This document shows, one piece after another, positions 54,513 to 64,000 of a DNA stretch of 64,000 bases. The position numbers and the translations under genes were made by a program. Position 1 is the stretch's first letter. Every line of letters starts with the position of its first letter. The notes below the pieces were generated by a model. The model was not told where the DNA came from. It did no database searches and saw only the letters and a program-made list of their open reading frames with translations. The stretch spans positions 2,846 to 66,845 of the forward strand of contig JBJHCF010000014.1 of NCBI GenBank assembly GCA_050506795.1, read 5' to 3'. Origin of the DNA: Opitutia bacterium. Lineage in GTDB: Bacteria; Verrucomicrobiota; Verrucomicrobiia; Opitutales; T3Sed10-336.

Positions 54513-54920
54513 TTAGACTTTGGTTCTCGGGAAATGACGGACTCGAGGCAGATTCTCAAAATGGTCATCCTGCGTCCAGAGAGTCGCATCGCGGACGAGC
54601 GCGAGCGCGTAAATCAACGAATCGGCGAGCGGGAGCTTGTGTTTGATGAAAAGGTCGGCCGCCGCAACGGCGATCTCTTCGTCGATGGAAACGACGATTC
54701 CGGACCGCATCGATTGGGTGACCCTGTCCGCCATTTCGCGGGTGCGTTGTTTGAGGACGACCTTGCGAACCTCGGCGATGACGATGGCGGGAACGATCAA
54801 TTCGGGCAGTTTTTTCAGGACCGGAGCAAAATGCCGGGTGTTGGGGCCGTCGTCCAAACACTCGATCCAGGCTGACGAATCCAGAAGGTCGAGCCGGGCA
54901 GACTTGGCTTGTTTGCTCAC
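54513..54920 (-). CDS. vapC: PIN-domain toxin (VapC family)
   Basis: 135 aa. 'LLDSSAWIECL' and 'LADSLIYALALVRDATLWTQDDHF' PIN motifs. 4-nt overlap with the antitoxin. Confidence 0.85.
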   Translation of the reverse strand: MSKQAKSARLDLLDSSAWIECLDDGPNTRHFAPVLKKLPELIVPAIVIAEVRKVVLKQRTREMADRVTQSMRSGIVVSIDEEIAVAAADLFIKHKLPLADSLIYALALVRDATLWTQDDHFENLPRVRHFPRTKV

Positions 54921-55132
54921 AGCTCCCGATCCTCCTCACGCTCGAACTCCAGCGGCTCACCTTTTCTCTTCAAGTAGCCGATCAGTTGATCCGGGGACAG
55001 GATTGGACGCAGCTCGATGCCGCCCTCTTTTTCGGTGACCTGGAGTTTCTGGCCAGGTTTGAGGGCAAGCTTTCGCCGAACATCCTTCGGGATGACGATT
55101 TGGAATTTGGGTGATATTGTGGAAGTTGTCAT
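54917..55132 (-). CDS. AbrB/MazE/SpoVT-type antitoxin (71 aa)
   Basis: ATG 55132 inside ORF 54917..55513 gives 'MTTSTISPKFQIVIPKDVRRKLALKPGQKLQVTEKEGGIELRPI', a typical swapped-hairpin AbrB-fold antitoxin. Confidence 0.8.
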   Translation of the reverse strand: MTTSTISPKFQIVIPKDVRRKLALKPGQKLQVTEKEGGIELRPILSPDQLIGYLKRKGEPLEFEREEDREL

Positions 55133-55463
55133 ACGAAAGGAATATCGTAAAACAAGAATGAATTTGCAAGAGAATTGTTCAAAGGAGGAAAGCGTCGGTA
55201 TTGGTCGGTGCATTCCGGGAGGGCGGACTGGCGGCGGATCAGCCCGCGGACGTTCGCCCATGACGGGTTGCGGTGGTCCATGCGGATACGTTCCGGGCAC
55301 GAACGGCAGTCTATTGTTAGACGCCGGAATGGTTTGAAAATCCAGCGCCGTCCATAGTGAGTGTGCTCGACGAAAATTCCAAGGCGCGATAGATTCACCC
55401 AATCTCCTCAATGGCGTTTCCGCTTGGAATTCACCTCTAACAGTTCGAATCAAGGTTTTGCTG

Positions 55464-56459
55464 ATGAATGCCTCGCTCATTATCTCGGGAGTTCTCTTCG
55501 CCTGGGGCAGCATGCTTGCCGCCGAAGCACTTACGGAACGCTCGTTCGAGGAGATTGATGGCGACCGGCCGGCCAGCTCCGATCACCACGCCCCTGCTCA
55601 GGTTTCGGATCCCGGGAGCGAGGGGGAAAACGGTGTCGAGGTCCCCGCAGGATTGCGTGTCTTTACCGCCGGGCATAGTTTGCATTGGTATGTCCCGGAC
55701 ATCCTGACCGAGTTGGCGGCGGCATCCGGAATCGAGGGACATGCGAAGGTGGGCGTGCAGAGTATCGGCGCCTCGCGCACCATTCAGCACTGGGATCTCG
55801 GTGGAGGGCAAAATGAAGCCCGAAGGGCGCTGGAGCGAGGGAATGTCGACGTGATGACCCTGTCCCCGATTCAGTTTCCGGACGAGGGCATCGACAATTT
55901 CGTCAGGCTCGGACTGGAGCACAATCCGGATATGACATTCGTCGTTCAAATCTCCTGGGGCGGTCCCGATATCGATAACCAGGACTTCAGTTTTGCCGCT
56001 CTCCGTACGATACCCGACAGGGAGGTTTCCCCTGAACGCCTCAGGACCATGAACGAAAGAAACGTAAGAGCCGGCGAGGCCCATGCCGAAAAGATCAACG
56101 ACCACTATGGACGGCAGGTTGTCGTTCTCGTGCCGTCGTCGCAGGCCCTTGTTTCGTTGCGCACGATGATTTATAACGATGAGATCCCCGGCGTGCCGAG
56201 ACAGGCGGAACTGTTTACCGACAATATTGGACACCCGGCTCCACCGTTGGAAGCGCTTAACGCTTATCTGCATTATGCCGTCATTTACGGACTCAGCCCC
56301 GTTGGGTTGCCGGTTCCGGAGGTATTGAAGAACTCCGGAAAGCCGGAGTGGAGCAACGAGAAGTTCAATCTCACCTTGCAGAACTTGGCCTGGGAAACCG
56401 TAAAGAACTATTCCCCGAGCGGCGTAGTATCATATGCGCCGCTTCTTGATGGGGAGTAG
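55464..56459 (+). CDS. Secreted hypothetical protein (possibly SGNH/GDSL-like hydrolase fold)
   Basis: ATG 55464 gives the signal 'MNASLIISGVLFAWGSMLAAEA'. No firm motif. Assignment tentative. Confidence 0.4.
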   Translation: MNASLIISGVLFAWGSMLAAEALTERSFEEIDGDRPASSDHHAPAQVSDPGSEGENGVEVPAGLRVFTAGHSLHWYVPDILTELAAASGIEGHAKVGVQSIGASRTIQHWDLGGGQNEARRALERGNVDVMTLSPIQFPDEGIDNFVRLGLEHNPDMTFVVQISWGGPDIDNQDFSFAALRTIPDREVSPERLRTMNERNVRAGEAHAEKINDHYGRQVVVLVPSSQALVSLRTMIYNDEIPGVPRQAELFTDNIGHPAPPLEALNAYLHYAVIYGLSPVGLPVPEVLKNSGKPEWSNEKFNLTLQNLAWETVKNYSPSGVVSYAPLLDGE

Positions 56460-57896
<1,437 letters not shown>

Positions 57897-58260
57897 GGAT
57901 ACCTGGCAACGAGCCTTTGTCCGCGACGGAGTTCGGCGCTGATCTCCAGGAAATAAGGGATGTTCTGGTCGGACCGCACTGTGAAATTCAGCGACGGACC
58001 GCATCCCGGACCCGTCTGGGACGAGTGAGAAAACCAACGAAAGATGACCGGACAGCCGAACGGAAGAACCTTTTTGACGATCCCGCCTATGCCGAGGTTC
58101 CGCCGGGACCTCACGGATCGCCTGATGAACTGGTTTGTCCGGCAACAGCTTCAATTCGGCGGCCGCGGAGGGCGGACATTTAGCCAAGTGAAGATCATGA
58201 ACACCCTGAAGTAGGGGCCGATAAAGGAGGGCGGTGCCGAGCCCTCGGAACGGAAAACCG

Positions 58261-59706
58261 ATGAGCCGTGTTTGTTCTCTGTTGCCTGTAAAAACCTTTT
58301 CCTGCGTTATGATCGTCGTTGTTGTGGGTATCGGCACTATGTTTAGTGGAAGCACAAAAGGCGGGGAAACGCCCGCGGCGCGGGGAGGCGGTGTGGAACG
58401 GCAGGTCACCGCTGCGGCGCAGGGGCATATTCTCACCAACACGGGGGTCTGGTCGCCGGACGGCGCGTGGCTCGTTTACGACGTCCGCGAACGTGGCGAG
58501 GTGTTCAGTGGAGACCGCATCGAACGGGTGAACGTGGAAACCGGAGAAGTGGAGCTTCTTTATCGGAGCCGCAACGGCGCCAAGTGCGGGGTGGTCACGT
58601 ACAGTCCGGTGGAGGAAAAGGTGGTCTTTATCCACGGACCCGAAAATCCCACCGACGAGTGGTCCTACGCGGCCAATCGCCGTCGCGGGGTAGTCGTCGA
58701 CGTCACCGGAGAACGGGAGCCGTTCACGCTCGACGCCCGTGATCTGACCGAGCCGCTCACGCCTGGGGCGTTGCGGGGCGGAACCCACGTTCACGTTTTC
58801 AGCGGTGACGGGCAATGGTTGAGTTTCACCTATGAGGATTACCTCCTGGAACGGATCGAGGAGGAAAGGGAAGGGCGGGAGATCAATCTTCGGAATGTCG
58901 GGGTGTCGATTCCCGCGGGACCGGTGATCGTCGGCAGGGATCACCCCCGAAATCACGACGGCGAGTATTTCAGTGTCCTGGTCTCCGATACGGTTGCGGA
59001 TCCCGAACCGGGAAGCGACCGGATTGCCCGGGCGTTCGAGGACGCGTGGGTGGGGACAGGCGGCTATCTTCGTCCGGACGGAACCCGTATGGAACGCGCT
59101 CTGGCCTTCCAGGGACTGGTTCGCGCGCCCGGCGGAGAGCTAATATCCGAGGTTTTTATCGCCGACCTTCCGCATGACTTGACCCGGCCCTCGGAGGCGG
59201 GGCCTCTTGAGGGCACCCTGACCACCCGTCCGCGTCCGCCCGCCGGTGTCGTGCAACGCCGGTTGACCTATACCGCGGATCGGAAATATCCCGGATTGCA
59301 GGGGCCCAGGCACTGGCTGCGCAGTTCCCCGGACGGCTCGCGGATCGGGTTTTTTATGAAAGACGATACGGGGATCGTTCAGTTCTGGACGGTTTCGCCC
59401 AACGGAGGGGAGCCCCGCCAGATCACATCGAATGCATGGGACCCGACATCGGCCTTTAGTTGGAGCCCCGATGGCCGATGGGTGGCTTATGCGATGGACA
59501 ATAGTATTTTCATGACGGATACCGCCACCGGCGAGAGTCGTCGTCTGACCGCGCGAACAGGCGACGAGCGTGCGCCGACGCACCATGCGTGCGTGTTTTC
59601 TCCGAACGGACTCAGGCTCGCCTACCTGCGGACCGTGCCTGCCGGACAGCGGGTTTTTAAACAGATCTTCGTGCTGGAAGTTTCCGCCGCTCCCGAAAGC
59701 GAATAG
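58261..59706 (+). CDS. DUF3748-like / PD40 beta-propeller protein
   Basis: ORF 58234..59706, ATG 58261. 'GHILTNTGVWSPDGAWLVYDVRERG...IERVNVETGEVELLY' resembles DUF3748 N-termini. 'WSPDGRWVAY' and 'FSPNGLRLAY' are PD40-type repeats. Confidence 0.6.
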   Translation: MSRVCSLLPVKTFSCVMIVVVVGIGTMFSGSTKGGETPAARGGGVERQVTAAAQGHILTNTGVWSPDGAWLVYDVRERGEVFSGDRIERVNVETGEVELLYRSRNGAKCGVVTYSPVEEKVVFIHGPENPTDEWSYAANRRRGVVVDVTGEREPFTLDARDLTEPLTPGALRGGTHVHVFSGDGQWLSFTYEDYLLERIEEEREGREINLRNVGVSIPAGPVIVGRDHPRNHDGEYFSVLVSDTVADPEPGSDRIARAFEDAWVGTGGYLRPDGTRMERALAFQGLVRAPGGELISEVFIADLPHDLTRPSEAGPLEGTLTTRPRPPAGVVQRRLTYTADRKYPGLQGPRHWLRSSPDGSRIGFFMKDDTGIVQFWTVSPNGGEPRQITSNAWDPTSAFSWSPDGRWVAYAMDNSIFMTDTATGESRRLTARTGDERAPTHHACVFSPNGLRLAYLRTVPAGQRVFKQIFVLEVSAAPESE

Positions 59707-59988
59707 AGATGATCGGCGGCATGGGCCTGGCGGGCATGCCGCTCGGTTCGACCGAAGTCGACGACGTGCTCGTGATTTATCAGGCCCAAAGCGGCACGGT
59801 GACGACGGGCGACCGGGAACTCATTCCCGCCACCAATTTGTCCGGCTGAAGCGACTCCTTCGGGCGCTCCAGCCGACTGGGCGTATTACCGTCAATTGAT
59901 TTTGGCCGGAATTTGTGATCTCAGCGTGTCACTGGGCCAGGTTTTTCGCTATAGGAATCAACGAGATAATTCAATATAGGTTGCACCA

Positions 59989-61473
59989 GTGAAGAAAAAA
60001 ATCCAAGCGAACTCCAATAGGAAATCATCCACGTCCAATGCGGGGGTTAAAGGAAGCGCGTTGATCGGATTGGCGGCCGGGCTGCTTTCCGTGAATCCGG
60101 CCGTTGGATCGTCACCGTTGGAGGCGGTGCGGGGAAGTCAGCCGAACATCATCTTTATCATGGCCGATGATCTGGGGTATGGCGACCTGAGTGCCCTGGG
60201 CCAGACAAACTTTCAAACCCCTAATCTCGACAAGATGATGGAAGAGGGTCTGTTCCTGTCCAACCATTACGCGGGTTCCACGGTGTGCGCGCCTTCGCGT
60301 GCGGCGTTGCTCACCGGCAACCACACCGGCCGCGTGTGGCAGCGGGCCAATTTCATTCCGGGACCCCCGCGCGAGCAAATCGAATTTCGGCGCGATCCCC
60401 ACGATATCACTATTGCAACCCGCCTCCAAGAAGCCGGGTACCATACCGCGATGATCGGGAAATCCGGGGTGGCCTGTAACAGCGATGACCCGGATCTACC
60501 CAACGACAAAGGCTTCGATCATTTCTTCGGGTTCCTGGCCCACCAGGCGGCGCACCGGTTTTACCCGGAAGAATTGACCCGGAACGGGGAAACGGTCGCA
60601 TTGCCGCACAACGAAGGGCACGAGGGTAGAATCTACAGCGGGGACCTGTTTCTGGACGAAAGCCTGCGCTACCTGGATGAACGGGCCGGGAGCGGGCAGC
60701 CGTTTTTCCTGCATCTGGCGCTGCAGCAGCCCCATGCGGACCTTTCGGTGCCGGATGAGTTCGAGTCGCCGTTTGTCGGGCGATTCGAGGAAGTTCCGCG
60801 CCCCACAGGAGGCTACCGAGACGCGCCGCATCCTGCGGCCACCTACGCAGGAATGGTCCTTTCCGTCGATCACACCGTCCGTCGCGTTCTTCAGAAGTTG
60901 CGCGAACTGGGAATTGAAGAGAATACCCTGGTGATTTTTTCCTCGGACAACGGTTCCTATTCCGAAGGCGGCTATCACTACAGCATGCACGATTCGAACG
61001 CGCCCTTTCGCGGGGGGAAGCGCGATCTGTATGAAGGTGGCATCCGGGTACCGACGATTGCCTGGTGGCCCGGCACTGTGAAGGCGGGAAGCCGCACCGA
61101 CCATGTCTCGGCGTTCTGGGATTTTCCCGCCACCGCGCTGGAACTGGCGGGAGTGACGGTGCCCGAAGAATTTGACGGAATCTCCTACCTTCCGGCGTTG
61201 CTGGGGTTGGAAGACGAGCAGCCCGCGCACCGGTACCTGTACTGGGAGTTTCACGAACTAGGGGGGCGTCAGGCCGTGCGGTATGGCGACTGGAAGGGCG
61301 TTCGCTTGAACGTACACAACAATCCCGATGCGCCCCTGGAGCTGTACAACCTCGCCGAGGATCCAGCGGAGCAAAACGATGTAGGGGGGCAGCACCCGGA
61401 TGTCGTTGAGCGTATCCTCGGATTCATGCGCGAAGCCCATGAACCGAACGAGCATTTCCGACTCTACGAATGA
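59989..61473 (+). CDS. Arylsulfatase (S1 formylglycine-dependent)
   Basis: GTG start. 'PNIIFIMADDLGYGDL', canonical 'CAPSRAALLTGNH', 'FSSDNGS', 'GGKRDLYEGGIRVP'. Confidence 0.9.
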   Translation: MKKKIQANSNRKSSTSNAGVKGSALIGLAAGLLSVNPAVGSSPLEAVRGSQPNIIFIMADDLGYGDLSALGQTNFQTPNLDKMMEEGLFLSNHYAGSTVCAPSRAALLTGNHTGRVWQRANFIPGPPREQIEFRRDPHDITIATRLQEAGYHTAMIGKSGVACNSDDPDLPNDKGFDHFFGFLAHQAAHRFYPEELTRNGETVALPHNEGHEGRIYSGDLFLDESLRYLDERAGSGQPFFLHLALQQPHADLSVPDEFESPFVGRFEEVPRPTGGYRDAPHPAATYAGMVLSVDHTVRRVLQKLRELGIEENTLVIFSSDNGSYSEGGYHYSMHDSNAPFRGGKRDLYEGGIRVPTIAWWPGTVKAGSRTDHVSAFWDFPATALELAGVTVPEEFDGISYLPALLGLEDEQPAHRYLYWEFHELGGRQAVRYGDWKGVRLNVHNNPDAPLELYNLAEDPAEQNDVGGQHPDVVERILGFMREAHEPNEHFRLYE

Positions 61474-61479
61474 AGCGAG

Positions 61480-62601
61480 TCAGGGCGATTTAACCAGGCG
61501 GAATCCGGTGTGGATGGCGCCGGAGTCGGGCTCGCCGCGGCCGCGGGTGCCGACCATGTAGCGGGTGCAGTACTGATCGGTGCAGAGGAAGGATCCGCCG
61601 CGGGTGACGCGTTTGGGGAGGTGGGGTTCGTTGGGGTCGAAACCGCTGGCCGGGCCGGTGGGATTGCGAACCGCTTCGTCGGCATTGGCGCGGCGGGCGT
61701 AGGTGTCCGGACGGTACCAGTCGGCCGTCCATTCCCAGACGTTGCCGCCCATATCGTACAGCCCGTAACCGTTGGCGGGAAACCGGGCGACGGGGGCCAG
61801 GCCCTCAAAGCCGTCATCCGCCGTGTTTTCCACGGGGAAGCGTCCCTGCCAGATGTTGGCGGCCCAGTCACCGTCCGGCTTCAGCTCGCGCCCCCACGGG
61901 TACGGATTGCCGGTGAGGCCGCCGCGGGCGGCGAACTCCCATTCCGCCTCCGTGGGCAGGCGTTTTCCCGCCCAATCCGCATAGGCCTCGGCGTCTTCCC
62001 AGGCAATATGCACCACGGGGAGATCGGGTTTGTCGTCAACTGACGACCCCGGCCCGAACGGAGCATGCCAGGACGCACCGGGAGTCCACTGCCACCACTG
62101 GGTGAAATTGTTGGGATTGTCGACTCGTGAGGGGTAAACGAAGACGAGCGCTCCCGGTACGAGGTTCTCTTCGGCTACGCCGGGAAACTCCGCCGGGTCC
62201 AATGGGCGTTCCGCAACGGTTTGGTATCCGGTTGCTTCGACGAAGCGGGCGAACTGCGCGTTGGTGACCGGGGTCTTGTCCATCCAGAAGCCGTCCACAT
62301 ACACGCGGTGAATTGGTCGCGCGTCCGCCATGGCATCGCGGCCGCCGGACGGAAGACTCCGGGGGTCGGCGATGCCCATTGAAAATTCTCCTCCCGGGAT
62401 CCATACCATGCCGTCGGGCGCCGGTTCATCAGGAAGCGCCTCGTTTTCCACGGTCGGCTCGAATTGGGAGTGGAACCGGCTCCAGGCATCGTCGGCAGAA
62501 GCTCCGGTCGTCATAAGCAGGAAGAGTGAGAGTGAAATCTTACCAACTGAGAAGTACACCATGGTTTGGGTCAATAGAAGGGTGTACCCGATGAATTTCA
62601 A
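61480..62601 (-). CDS. Formylglycine-generating enzyme (FGE/SUMF1 family)
   Basis: 'MVWIPGGEFSMG', 'RVYVDGFWMDKTPVTNAQFARFVEATGY', 'RLPTEAEWEFAARGG', 'GNVWEWTADWY', 'RGGSFLC'. Convergent with the sulfatase, 6 nt apart. Confidence 0.9.
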   Translation of the reverse strand: MKFIGYTLLLTQTMVYFSVGKISLSLFLLMTTGASADDAWSRFHSQFEPTVENEALPDEPAPDGMVWIPGGEFSMGIADPRSLPSGGRDAMADARPIHRVYVDGFWMDKTPVTNAQFARFVEATGYQTVAERPLDPAEFPGVAEENLVPGALVFVYPSRVDNPNNFTQWWQWTPGASWHAPFGPGSSVDDKPDLPVVHIAWEDAEAYADWAGKRLPTEAEWEFAARGGLTGNPYPWGRELKPDGDWAANIWQGRFPVENTADDGFEGLAPVARFPANGYGLYDMGGNVWEWTADWYRPDTYARRANADEAVRNPTGPASGFDPNEPHLPKRVTRGGSFLCTDQYCTRYMVGTRGRGEPDSGAIHTGFRLVKSP

Positions 62602-62823
62602 CCTCCGAAATATGATTTTTCCTCCCGGGAATATCGATCAGCTTCGCCCCGCTGCCTCCGATTGCTCCTCGGCCGGAAGTATACACCGAGGTCACTGCCG
62701 GCCTGCAACAAACATCTGTAGTGTCGATTGGGCCGCTGGTGGAGATCAAGAGAATCCGACTGGCAGCAGTCCCGGGAAGTAAACAAGTCCTTCGGACTTA
62801 ACGTCGATTGATCGAGGTACGGA

Positions 62824-64000
62824 GTAAGCGTCCGGTCGTCTGCCCCCTTCACGGACGGCGCTGTGCGTGGTAGGCTTGAGTGAGTTCTTTCTCAGATGGC
62901 TTAGAACCGAGAGTTGTGGACCGGCGTGTTAGCCGAAGGGGTGTTGCCGTTTAAGTGCAATAGAAGCCGTTACGTTTTCTATCGAGAGGTCGTTACGATC
63001 TCTACGTCGGCTTTTATTGGCGGAACGCCAGGCTTCCACTTCGAGGGCAACAGGGCGCTCAGGTCGTCCTGGTTTGTCATTGCCGGCAGCTTGCCAAGGA
63101 CCTCGCGCAGGTAGTGGTGAGGGTTGATTCCATGGCGGCGGCAGGAAGCAATGATGGAATAGAGTATCGCCGAACGCCCACCTGCCTGCGGATGACCGAT
63201 GAACAGCCAATTTCTTTTCCCGAGCGCCGAGGGCCGGATGGCGTTTTCGACCAAGTTGTTGTCGATCTCAGTGTGACCGAGCCGGCTGTGGGCGACAAGG
63301 CTCTCCCATTGGTTGAGGAGATAAAAGCAGGCCTTTCCCAGCAGGGACTTCGGGAGGGCTCTTTGCTGGAGCTTTTCGGCGGTGCGCTTGAGCAGTTGGA
63401 GAGTCAATCCAAAGTGCGAGGACCTCAGGCTCGATCTGAGGGCGCGGCCGCTCTGGCGGCGATCTTTCCACTCCCGTTCATAGCGATAGAGATGGCCGAT
63501 CAGGCGCAGCATGTGCAGGGCCGCCACGGGAGACTCTTTCAAGGCTTCGTGGAACTTGCGGCGAGCGTGCGCCCAGCAGCCGACGTGGTCGATTGATCCA
63601 CTGCCTTTGGCGAATCCCGCATATGCCTGGTATCCATCGCCTTGCAATGTTTCACGGTAGTTTGGCAGGAGCTTCGGCAGTTCGTCATGGCTACGGGAGA
63701 GCCGCCAAGCGAAGACGACATCCCCGCCGGGTCTGCTGATTACCCAGAGCCAACCTTGGGTGGTTTTGCCTCGTTTAACATCCGGGTCGTGACATCGAAC
63801 CGGCGTTTCATCGACCTGGACGTATCCGCTTTCTCGTAACCTACAAAGCATCAACTTGTAGATCGGTTCAAGGGCCTCGGCCGCCAAAGCTATCCAGTTG
63901 GCCATCGTTTGGCGGGCGATTTTAGCGCCCCAGCGCTCGAACATCTTTTCCTGACGGTAAAGCGGAAGATGATCGGCGTATTTGGACATTGCCACCCAGG
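62824..64000 (-). mobile_element. IS66-family insertion sequence, one end (element continues beyond the window)
   Basis: Terminal 'GTAAGCGTCCGG' at 62824 has the GTAAGCG start typical of IS66-family inverted repeats, 155 nt outside the transposase stop. Transposase ORF inside. Confidence 0.7.
62979..64000 (-). CDS. tnpC: IS66 family transposase (TnpC), N-terminus outside the window
   Basis: 'KYADHLPLYRQEKMFERWG', 'YVQVDETPVRCHDP', 'GWLWVISRPGG', 'LQGDGYQAYAGF', 'HVGCWAHARRKF' and 'ENAIRPSALGRKNWLFIG'-type motifs. The frame is open to the window edge. Confidence 0.85.
   Translation of the reverse strand, partial: WVAMSKYADHLPLYRQEKMFERWGAKIARQTMANWIALAAEALEPIYKLMLCRLRESGYVQVDETPVRCHDPDVKRGKTTQGWLWVISRPGGDVVFAWRLSRSHDELPKLLPNYRETLQGDGYQAYAGFAKGSGSIDHVGCWAHARRKFHEALKESPVAALHMLRLIGHLYRYEREWKDRRQSGRALRSSLRSSHFGLTLQLLKRTAEKLQQRALPKSLLGKACFYLLNQWESLVAHSRLGHTEIDNNLVENAIRPSALGKRNWLFIGHPQAGGRSAILYSIIASCRRHGINPHHYLREVLGKLPAMTNQDDLSALLPSKWKPGVPPIKADVEIVTTSR

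Overview
High-GC (about 60% by hand counts on sample lines) chromosomal segment with PVC-superphylum character (Verrucomicrobiota, Kiritimatiellota or Planctomycetota-like). The pointers are a DUF1559/H-X9-DG prepilin-type protein, several sulfatases plus a formylglycine-generating enzyme, a multi-LamG protein, and GH2 enzymes with F5/8-type-C modules. This taxonomic call is an inference from gene content only.

Layout:
- (i) 1-32.2 kb: sulfated-glycan / polysaccharide utilisation locus. It holds the LamG protein, a TRAP transporter (dctPQM), three GH2-type enzymes, GH4, two sulfatases, an esterase, a Gfo/Idh/MocA oxidoreductase, an AraC regulator, a DUF5107-TPR protein and a Na+/solute symporter.
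- (ii) 32.3-49.4 kb: defence/addiction island. Two VapBC-type pairs are followed by about 15 kb of genes all on the + strand. In order: an orphan type-I HsdR-like gene with an in-frame TAG; a HigB/HigA-like pair; two small genes; an hsdR 3' remnant; a translationally coupled PLD-nuclease/SNF2-helicase fusion and a 1343-aa Eco57I/PglX-like N6-adenine methyltransferase whose C-terminus looks like an AbiEi antitoxin; an AbiEii toxin; then a low-GC two-gene cassette (Zn-ribbon protein of unknown function plus a cytoplasmic trypsin-like protease).
- (iii) 49.4-55.2 kb: decayed, repeat-rich zone with a three-copy 265-300 bp hairpin-containing repeat, a 110-bp repeat pair, a truncated Ser/Thr kinase, a DUF4143 ATPase, a Sel1 protein and another VapBC-type pair.
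- (iv) 55.4-62.6 kb: esterase/malectin, DUF3748-like beta-propeller, arylsulfatase and FGE.
- (v) 62.8-64.0 kb: end of an IS66-family element, cut by the window edge.

No rRNA, tRNA or CRISPR array was recognised by eye.

Best candidates for something undescribed are the helicase-nuclease + MTase::AbiEi + AbiEii module (38.3-46.7 kb) and the low-GC Zn-ribbon + protease cassette (46.8-49.4 kb). All functional calls rest on motif recognition in the translated ORFs. No database search was possible.
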